Sequence record: LC819009.1
Reading direction: 5' to 3' (one strand)
DNA: 64,000 nt
Both the position numbers and the translations under genes were made by a program. Of the stretch, positions 8,999 through 16,306 are shown piece after piece; the stretch's first letter is position 1; each line of letters opens with the position of its first letter. Below the pieces are notes generated by a model. The model ran no database searches. It was not told the origin of the DNA and was given only the letters and a program-made list of their open reading frames with translations.

Positions 8999-9484
8999 TT
9001 ATGCTGTCGGATAGGAATCCGGGTAATCGTGATGCTTGAAGCCGTTGAGTCTGTCTTCGGCCTTGGCATCTTTGTATTTGTCGTTATTGATCACGACCGT
9101 CACGTGAGTATCGTCAAGCCAACCTTCGCGACTGACTTCGGAAATGTTTTTCAACATTTCGTCACTGCCAGCGGGAAGCTCACCTGCGATATGTTTGTTC
9201 TGGACATCTTGCCAGATGACGTGGTTATAGCCCAAAAAGAAAATAGCCCACATCGCCGCAAGACATAACCACGCTCCAGCATCACGAGGCATGTGATACA
9301 GGAAGAATGCTGCGGAAACGACGAACAGCCAGAACGTCATCATGATCGCAAAGACCCAGTAACCGACCGCCTGCTGAGACCAGTTGAAGAGGATCGAATC
9401 CTCCTGATACATCAGCTGGTTCACCATCATGAAAAACGTGAACGCGAATAACAGCCAAAACAGAACACCCACAGCGGTATACAT
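8999..9484 (-). CDS. Membrane protein (about 3 TM helices)
   Basis: Three hydrophobic segments in the N-terminal 90 aa; GAGGT RBS. Confidence 0.7.
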   Translation of the reverse strand: MYTAVGVLFWLLFAFTFFMMVNQLMYQEDSILFNWSQQAVGYWVFAIMMTFWLFVVSAAFFLYHMPRDAGAWLCLAAMWAIFFLGYNHVIWQDVQNKHIAGELPAGSDEMLKNISEVSREGWLDDTHVTVVINNDKYKDAKAEDRLNGFKHHDYPDSYPTA

Positions 9485-9588
9485 GGCCTACCTCACTTGT
9501 TATTAAAAAACGACCAAAAAAAAATCCCAGGATAAGCTCTGGGATTGAAAAGCCCATCTCGGGGAGACCGGATGGGCTGGGCTACTGT

Positions 9589-9873
9589 TTAAACCGCTTC
9601 GAGCTTGAGGCTGTTACGCAGCACCACACCATTCATGGCACGTTCGATAGCTGCTTCAGCTTTCTTTGCTGCGAAGTCGGCTTCGCGCATTGCCATGCGT
9701 TGTGCATGGACATATTCGCGCACTTGCTTTTCTTCGCGAACCGTGAGGTTCTGACGTTCGAGGCGGTTGTTGACTTCGTCCCACTCGACTTCTTCAAACT
9801 TCTTGCCGTCCATGTACTTGTCCGACAGGAAGAGGCAGAATTCGAGAACGGTGACTTGATAGAGGTTATTCAT
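9589..9873 (-). CDS. Hypothetical helical protein
   Basis: 94-aa ORF with a GGAG RBS. Confidence 0.65.
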   Translation of the reverse strand: MNNLYQVTVLEFCLFLSDKYMDGKKFEEVEWDEVNNRLERQNLTVREEKQVREYVHAQRMAMREADFAAKKAEAAIERAMNGVVLRNSLKLEAV

Positions 9874-9919
9874 GATGATGCTCCTGAGAGTTTGGAAATT
9901 ACACAGACGGTAGAGGAAG

Positions 9920-10066
9920 TTACTTGGCCAGCTTGTCGGTCATGTACGCGACCAAGGGGACGACGACGAGCAGGAGAAAGCCGACGTAGAGAACTACGTC
10001 TTTCCGTTTTGCTTTGACCGTATCGTTGCTGCGGTTTGCTGCTGCGAGAAATTGTTGCTTAGTCAT
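9920..10066 (-). CDS. Small single-pass membrane protein (48 aa, not in ORF track)
   Basis: Translated by hand: MTKQQFLAAANRSNDTVKAKRKDVVLYVGFLLLVVVPLVAYMTDKLAK*; fills the gap between two minus-strand genes. Confidence 0.6.
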   Translation of the reverse strand: MTKQQFLAAANRSNDTVKAKRKDVVLYVGFLLLVVVPLVAYMTDKLAK

Positions 10067-10110
10067 GACTTATTCCTGTTGTTTGACTGTACTGAATTTT
10101 GGTTAATCGA

Positions 10111-10572
10111 TTACTGCAGGGGAACACGCTTGCGGAAGGTATCGAACTGGATGACGACGTATCCGTTTTCGATTGTGACGCTCTCTAACCTCGCATTGCA
10201 GGTTCCGAAATCTTTGGCTTGGCGGACATCGCCATTGGCCAGGAACCAGTAAAGCTGATAGTCCGTTTTGCATTCGAACCCTTGGTTACCTGAGATCAGG
10301 ATCAGAGGCTGATTGCTGTACGTACCATGCCAGGCGACTTTGATGTCGTCGAAGTTCTCTTCCATGTCAGTGACATAGTCGCGATACTTCATGTACCAGG
10401 TACGAGCATCCGTATCCTGGTAGAACTGCACTGTGTCCACCGTTTTGCGGAGAACCGGTTTTGCATCCGCATCACCTATACCGCCCAACACCAGAACTGC
10501 GATCGCTCCAACGATCGCAAGGATCCAGAACTTCCAGTTATCGTTGACATAGTTGCGAACTACTTGTGTCAT
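10111..10572 (-). CDS. Exported/periplasmic protein with N-terminal signal anchor
   Basis: KFWILAIVGAIAVLVLGG...ADA-KP signal-like segment; two Cys; GGAG RBS. Confidence 0.65.
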   Translation of the reverse strand: MTQVVRNYVNDNWKFWILAIVGAIAVLVLGGIGDADAKPVLRKTVDTVQFYQDTDARTWYMKYRDYVTDMEENFDDIKVAWHGTYSNQPLILISGNQGFECKTDYQLYWFLANGDVRQAKDFGTCNARLESVTIENGYVVIQFDTFRKRVPLQ

Positions 10573-10604
10573 TGCGTCATCTCCAGTTACTGCATTGTAA
10601 AAAG

Positions 10605-10790
10605 TTACCTGTGGCGGATAGTCGTCATCAGGCGTTGGACTTCATTCCGAACCACCATTTCGAAGGTATTCGGAAGTTCGCGGAATTCGACATCGATGAT
10701 GTCAGGCTCGGTGATGACCTTGGGTACTGCGGGTTGAATTGCGTTGTACATCTTTAAAGCCTGTGAAACGTATTGCTGACTGTGTGCCAT
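10605..10790 (-). CDS. Small hypothetical protein (61 aa)
   Basis: GGAGG RBS before the ATG at 10790 (MAHSQQYV). Confidence 0.6.
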   Translation of the reverse strand: MAHSQQYVSQALKMYNAIQPAVPKVITEPDIIDVEFRELPNTFEMVVRNEVQRLMTTIRHR

Positions 10791-10891
10791 GATACGCCTC
10801 CGTTGAAAAGAATACAAAGTTCTTTATCCAACTTCACCGCAGTTATATGTTTCTGAATTATTCTGGGATTCGATATTTGACGGCATAAGCC

Positions 10892-10915
10892 GGGGATGGG
10901 TTTTACCCCATCCCC
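10892..10915. terminator. Stem-loop downstream of AAA ATPase
   Basis: ggggatggg...cccatcccc, followed by TATG on the minus strand (10884-10887). Confidence 0.6.
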
Positions 10916-10920
10916 TAGCT

Positions 10921-12228
10921 TTACGCGACCAGTTTCAAACGTTTTGCATTCGAGCGACGGCAGAGCTCCGTCAGGAATGCATCCGGATCTTCCGGGTTTT
11001 CCTTGAATGCGAGTTCTACTTCGCAACCAGGCAGAAGCCATTCTTCCGAATGACACGACAGAATAAACCGTCGTACTTCTTCGTTGGTGAGATCGTACAT
11101 CAACGCCATGTAAGGCTCGATTTCTTTGCTCGTGAGTTCGCCAATCAGGTAATCCTTATCGACTCGACCTGCGCGTTTGATAGCTTCATCGAGATCTTCC
11201 GGATGATTGGTCGTCATGATGACGATCAGGTTATCCAATCCGATTACTCCATCGAACGCATTGAGTACACCAGACATGGTGAGGAAGCTCAGGTCCGCTA
11301 CTGCCTCGACCAGTTCCTTTTTCTTTTTGCGATCCTTCACCGCACTGCCTGATTGATCGACATCCTCAATGAGAACGATCGAACCAGGTTTGATGGTCGC
11401 CAATGCTTCCATGAGCGAACCATTCGAATGCTGCGACAGATCGAGCAGGTACAGATCTTTCTTGAAACGACCAGCGAGCAATTTCGACAGCGTCGTCTTG
11501 CCAGTACCCGGGGGTCCGTAAAAGAGGAACGAAATTTTGTATGTCAGTCCTTTTTTACGATACCACTCTCGACGATTTGAGAATTCTTCAATCCTTCCCA
11601 AGATGTCGGCCTTCAGGTCTGCGTTCATGCAAAACGTTTCGATGTCTCGCATGGGAACTTTACCTACCTGCTCCCAGCTTTTATCGCCACCGTACTTGTG
11701 GATGAACACTTCGTCGGAAGCACCACGCTTTTCATTGAAGAGATCGACCAGTTGCAGGAATGAACTTTGATTCCATCCAAACGTGCGGATGGTGATTTCT
11801 TCTTTCTGTTTTTCAGACCCGCCAGATTCCAGAGAACCTTTATCGAACCAGAAGAACTTTCGCTTGTACCAGAAAACATGAACGCCTTTACCGATACCCA
11901 AGCGGTAAGGCTTGAATACGGTTTCATCCGAAAACATGTCTTCCTTGTATTGCCGGAACATGAAGAAGCTGCGACTGAATTTCGCGTAGCCAGACATCAT
12001 GAACCATTTGTCAAACATGTTGTACGCATCTGCGTTGCCGTCCCAACCAGCATTGTTCAGACGCATCGTAACCGTCGTGTAGCGAACGACCAGATCCCAG
12101 AACTTCTTGGGCAGGTCCTTCAGATAAAACATGATACCGCCAACCAACGGCAGTACCAGCGTCGCTAAGAGAGGGTTAGCTTTCGTTGCTGCATCGTAGT
12201 GGCCAAAGAGCCCATAGATCCAGTCCAT
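10921..12228 (-). CDS. BCS1-family membrane-anchored AAA+ ATPase
   Basis: N-terminal TM (LLATLVLPLVGGIMFYL), BCS1-N-like region, Walker A GPPGTGKT, Walker B IVLIEDVD, MSGVLNAFDGV, MTTNHPEDLDEAIKRAGRVD. Likely ATG at 12228. Confidence 0.85.
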   Translation of the reverse strand: MDWIYGLFGHYDAATKANPLLATLVLPLVGGIMFYLKDLPKKFWDLVVRYTTVTMRLNNAGWDGNADAYNMFDKWFMMSGYAKFSRSFFMFRQYKEDMFSDETVFKPYRLGIGKGVHVFWYKRKFFWFDKGSLESGGSEKQKEEITIRTFGWNQSSFLQLVDLFNEKRGASDEVFIHKYGGDKSWEQVGKVPMRDIETFCMNADLKADILGRIEEFSNRREWYRKKGLTYKISFLFYGPPGTGKTTLSKLLAGRFKKDLYLLDLSQHSNGSLMEALATIKPGSIVLIEDVDQSGSAVKDRKKKKELVEAVADLSFLTMSGVLNAFDGVIGLDNLIVIMTTNHPEDLDEAIKRAGRVDKDYLIGELTSKEIEPYMALMYDLTNEEVRRFILSCHSEEWLLPGCEVELAFKENPEDPDAFLTELCRRSNAKRLKLVA

Positions 12229-12307
12229 GTTGTTATTCCCCGAAAGAGTATTGTCAAAATAAACGTTGGCCAAATAAAAAAAGATTCAAACCTAGGCCGA
12301 CAGAGAT

Positions 12308-12335
12308 CCTAGTACCTCCGTGAGGAGGTACTAGG
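12308..12335. terminator. Stem-loop (12-bp stem)
   Basis: cctagtacctcc-gtga-ggaggtactagg. Confidence 0.7.
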
Positions 12336-12345
12336 TCACCGCTTC

Positions 12346-13020
12346 TTATTTAATTTTCGAAAGATCGAGATAGAACATCATCTCGTTATCGGTCTTCGGA
12401 AAGAATGCCTTGATCTTCCCGAGATAGTCTTTCTTGTCGCTGCCGATCACCCTGGAGTAGAAACCTACTTCCAGAAGAACACCACTGAACGGTTCTTCCT
12501 CGATGTTCACAAGATTCTTGCGATCCATCTTCATCCGGTAAACCATTGGGTGGAGTTTCTCCAGAACGATAACGTTCTCTTCCAGGTTGTTCTTGACGAT
12601 CAAGGGCAGACTGATCTTGCCACCATGCAGCTGGTGTCCATTGGCATACCCCATGCCAAGGCAGATCTGGTTGTTTGCCGTGTTGTAGCCGAACTCAGCA
12701 ATGATCTCACGATCATCCTGAATGAAACGACTCATCACATCCATACAACCACTCAGATCACGGCGAAGCGTCTCCGAGAATTTCTTGATGCCTACATCGT
12801 ACGGCTTTTTCTCGACTACGTGCTTCTCCCCAGGAATCGGGGTGTAATCGATACCAGGCTCTACAGCAGCCTGCCAGACCTTGGGCACCTCTACGTAGCG
12901 GCCTGGTGCTACGGACGCGCTGGCGAGGCCCTCAACGACCGTGAAGGTGGTTTCCTCATCGTCATCACGATCCCCGGCTTGCGCCATTCTGAAATCCGCA
13001 TAGCGGTTGGTCTTCTTCAC
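12346..13020 (-). CDS. Hypothetical protein
   Basis: 224-aa ORF, GTG start with AAGGAG RBS. Confidence 0.7.
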   Translation of the reverse strand: MKKTNRYADFRMAQAGDRDDDEETTFTVVEGLASASVAPGRYVEVPKVWQAAVEPGIDYTPIPGEKHVVEKKPYDVGIKKFSETLRRDLSGCMDVMSRFIQDDREIIAEFGYNTANNQICLGMGYANGHQLHGGKISLPLIVKNNLEENVIVLEKLHPMVYRMKMDRKNLVNIEEEPFSGVLLEVGFYSRVIGSDKKDYLGKIKAFFPKTDNEMMFYLDLSKIK

Positions 13021-13399
13021 GGATGTAACTCCTTGTGGTACAACATTTTAAAAGGTTTACAGCGGAAACTCACAATCGTTATATGTTTCTGAAACAATCT
13101 AGAGTTCCAACCTTTCAAAGAATCAAAGAGCATAGCTTTGAAAGACCGAAACGCCCTTTCGGACGTCTCGGTTCTCTCTGGGGGGATGAATGTGGTTGTG
13201 TATCCCTCCAGATCATGGAGGGATCATAGTTTCTTTTTATACGCCTTCCACAGGCGTATCACTTTTTTCTTTTCTTTCTTTCAAAAACTTTAGACTTATT
13301 ATTCTTATTATTGTAAATACGTTAGTATTTACAATACTAACGTTTATAACTAATTCTAAAATTCTCTCTACAAGGTTCTGGTCACATTTAGAAAAATAT

Positions 13400-14152
13400 A
13401 TGTTTATGCCTGTTAAGGCAGCAAAACTGTCCGGTAAAAATTCGGCAAGAAGCACAGATCATCTGACATCCGTTCCACTATCAAACGCAAAGGACGAAAC
13501 GAACATGGGCCTCGTAGGCACTCTGCGCGAGATCGAAAAAACCTCGCCCGAAGAACTCAACCGCTATTCCGAAAACCGTCCCGTCATGGTCGACGGTTCC
13601 CTGTCCGAACTCGTGACTCAGGCACTGAATGTCGCCTACACGAAAAAAGACATGACCTCGGGTAAACCGTACTACGGTCATCAAAACGCAACGGGTGAAC
13701 CGCCGCCTGGTGCGGGCAACATTCCCGACATCCTGAACCCGGATACTCCGCGTCAGGATCCGAACATCGTCAAGCCTTCGCTTGAAGGCATGCAGCAAAT
13801 GGGCGCAGATGCAATTGCGACGGCAGCTGCTGTGCTCGAAGAAGCCGTCAACGTGAACGACGGCCACGAACACCGCGTGGGTGAAGATCCGCTCATGGTT
13901 TACGCCATTCCGGAAGACGGTAAGGTCACGGAAGAAATGAACGCGAACATCGACATGTACGGCGACTCCGGTGCCATGGATCCGTCGAACTTCGTGTTTG
14001 TTTTCACCGACAAGAACGATACTGTTGGAAGCATCGACTATCGTTGCGTCGATCTGAGCCAGAAAGTGAAGGACTACGAGAGCAAGGGCGCCAAGGTGTA
14101 CCAGTCGCTCGAATCGTTCTTCCGCGACTACGACAACCTGCGTAAGAAGTAA
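13400..14152 (+). CDS. Acidic phiKZ-like protein, possible head/ejection protein
   Basis: The ORF track starts at 13190 in AT-rich DNA; phage-like codon usage begins after ATG 13400. Contains an SLE site typical of gp175-protease substrates. Confidence 0.65.
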   Translation: MFMPVKAAKLSGKNSARSTDHLTSVPLSNAKDETNMGLVGTLREIEKTSPEELNRYSENRPVMVDGSLSELVTQALNVAYTKKDMTSGKPYYGHQNATGEPPPGAGNIPDILNPDTPRQDPNIVKPSLEGMQQMGADAIATAAAVLEEAVNVNDGHEHRVGEDPLMVYAIPEDGKVTEEMNANIDMYGDSGAMDPSNFVFVFTDKNDTVGSIDYRCVDLSQKVKDYESKGAKVYQSLESFFRDYDNLRKK

Positions 14153-15399
14153 TGGACGGCCAGATCAAGAAAGTCCTGGATGCCGAATTCGATCACTTGC
14201 CGATCGACAAACGGCTCCTGGACAAAGTCCTGAAATACGAAAAGGATTTCATCAACAAGAACGAAGACCATATCACCTTCTTCGGTGGTCACCTCATGGG
14301 GGTGCAGGTGGTTCGTTTCGATCCCCGAGATCGACAGTACTGGTTCGATGAAATCCTCGAAATCAATGAGCAGGCTCTCGAAGAACCTCTCTACGCTCTG
14401 CGTGATCCGCATCATCCGAAAGATCCGCTGATCGACCCAGACTTCAATGTCCGCTCGGATGTCATGAACATCACCTGCGGATATCTCATCCATCGATTCC
14501 TCACCGCAAACCACCTTCCGCACGACAAGCAAAAGGAAGGCGCCGAATGTGTGGTGCGAATCATGCTGTACAAGTTCCTGACTTCACTGCTCTGGAACTA
14601 CTTCAAGTACCCGGCCAATCCTGCGGTAGCGGAAGCTACCTATAACGCTTTGTCGCTGAAGTTCGGCTTGAAGAAAAACGGCAACTGGAAAAAATACCTG
14701 GACGAACGCGCTCACATCACTGTCGAGCCTGGTTCGATCCACTACAAGACGCTTGTCAACATGAAAGACGACGAGCAGTTCCTGTACTTCATCGGCGATA
14801 CGCAGGGTCGTATTCGCGGCACGGTGAAATCGATCTATGCGATCTTCGACCAGATGAACAAGGCTGGTATCAAGATCGTCTCCGCCTCCTCTGTCATGGA
14901 GTACGATGGCGAAATGATCCTGAAGGACAAGTCGAGAACCTACCAGTCGGAAATCCGTTACATCTCCGATGTGATTGGTGACCGCGGTTCGTTCATCAAG
15001 CCTGAACTTCTGAAGATCATTGAGAAGTCGGTGCCGACCGCCAACCCCGACATGTTGTTGAAGACTCTCCAGTGGATGTCTGACAACGCAGGTTATGGTA
15101 AGGACGACATTGTGAACCAGCTGACGACCAAGACGGTTATCTACTCGTTCAACTATCTCGCCCAGAATCCTGGACTCATCAAAGGCAAGCGCGACATCTC
15201 CGGCGTACTCTTCCGTTTGCGTGGTTCGTTTATGGCATCCCGTTCTTCGGACGAGGATCTCATGCAACTGCGAGAAATGGCTGAGCAGATTGCTGGGTTC
15301 GCAACTGGCTCTCGCAACGACACGGTAAAGAAGTCGATCCGCACGGCGGTTCTGCTTTACATCATCGGTCGGATCATGGCGAAGGACTACTACTCATGA
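14152..15399 (+). CDS. Conserved phiKZ-like protein (415 aa), probable virion component
   Basis: Long ORF translationally coupled to the upstream gene (TAATG). Confidence 0.7.
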   Translation: MDGQIKKVLDAEFDHLPIDKRLLDKVLKYEKDFINKNEDHITFFGGHLMGVQVVRFDPRDRQYWFDEILEINEQALEEPLYALRDPHHPKDPLIDPDFNVRSDVMNITCGYLIHRFLTANHLPHDKQKEGAECVVRIMLYKFLTSLLWNYFKYPANPAVAEATYNALSLKFGLKKNGNWKKYLDERAHITVEPGSIHYKTLVNMKDDEQFLYFIGDTQGRIRGTVKSIYAIFDQMNKAGIKIVSASSVMEYDGEMILKDKSRTYQSEIRYISDVIGDRGSFIKPELLKIIEKSVPTANPDMLLKTLQWMSDNAGYGKDDIVNQLTTKTVIYSFNYLAQNPGLIKGKRDISGVLFRLRGSFMASRSSDEDLMQLREMAEQIAGFATGSRNDTVKKSIRTAVLLYIIGRIMAKDYYS

Positions 15400-15818
15400 C
15401 GCGTGAAACCGTCACCGTCGATGAACTGAATCCCCTCCAGCTTGAGCAGTATCATGCCTTGCTGGAGGAGTCTGATAGTGAACCGATGTTCTACGGTAAG
15501 CCGTTAGACCGCAAAGCTAAACGTCAGATCGTCCTTGATGACGATGACAATGTCGTAGGGGCCTTTGAGTACACCCGCACCCTTTGGGAAGGTACGTACT
15601 ACTGGCGAGCCAACCGTCCGTATGTCATGAAAGCGCATCGTGGCAAAGGACTGTTGTATCCTGCTCTTCGACTCTGGTTCTTAAATCGACGCCCGGCTCT
15701 TGCCTGGATCGATGACGAAAACCTTGCATCGATTCGCCTTTTCTTCTCGCTTGGCTTTTCGAGAGAATATGCGTACACGATGCACGGCAAGCTGGGACAT
15801 TTTTACGTCCTTCATTAA
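15396..15818 (+). CDS. GNAT-family acetyltransferase
   Basis: V.KAHRGKGL acetyl-CoA-binding motif A and N.AS..L..SLGF motif B; ATGA overlap with the upstream gene. Confidence 0.75.
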   Translation: MTRETVTVDELNPLQLEQYHALLEESDSEPMFYGKPLDRKAKRQIVLDDDDNVVGAFEYTRTLWEGTYYWRANRPYVMKAHRGKGLLYPALRLWFLNRRPALAWIDDENLASIRLFFSLGFSREYAYTMHGKLGHFYVLH

Positions 15819-16079
15819 ACGCCATCAACTTAAGGTTAGGCACCCAAAATGGCACCGCGCACCAAGCTTCAGAAGTCAATGACCAATAACTCCAAGATTC
15901 GTGATGCTGTCACGAATTCGGCTGCAACCATTTCGGTGGGTGAGCCAAGCCTCATGTCTCGCCAAGGTGCCCCGAAGAGCATTAAAGTGCAAATCGGAAA
16001 AGGCGGGCTGGGGAAAGCAAAATAACAAAACGCAGTAGTCCTGGTCGTAATCTTTTGGATTATTCACCGGGATTTGAAA

Positions 16080-16253
16080 ATGTCGAACCGACACCTCAAG
16101 CAGCACCTGATGCAGGCTACCTTGAAGCAGCACAAAGAGCATCACGTCAAGGATCTTTACATCGTCACGGAATCGGAACATCGCGGCAAGCATGTCACGA
16201 GTACGGTTCACGTGAAGGTGGGTCGTGGCGGGCTGGAGCACGTCAAGAAGTAA
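16080..16253 (+). CDS. His/Lys-rich 57-aa protein (not in ORF track)
   Basis: Translated by hand: MSNRHLKQHLMQATLKQHKEHHVKDLYIVTESEHRGKHVTSTVHVKVGRGGLEHVKK*; phage-preferred codons, A-rich leader, stop just before a hairpin. Confidence 0.6.
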   Translation: MSNRHLKQHLMQATLKQHKEHHVKDLYIVTESEHRGKHVTSTVHVKVGRGGLEHVKK

Positions 16254-16265
16254 GCAGCATAAGTA

Positions 16266-16295
16266 CCTACTCCTACCCGCAAGGGTAGGAGTAGG
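16266..16295. terminator. Bidirectional stem-loop (13-bp stem, GCAA loop)
   Basis: cctactcctaccc-gcaa-gggtaggagtagg flanked by CATA and TATG. Confidence 0.75.
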
Positions 16296-16306
16296 GCCTA
16301 TGTCCG

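Noticed and set aside
13190-13399. 5' extension of the 13400 gene giving an apparent hydrophobic TM segment
   Set aside because: It is translation of the AT-rich intergenic island; codon usage is unlike the gene body.
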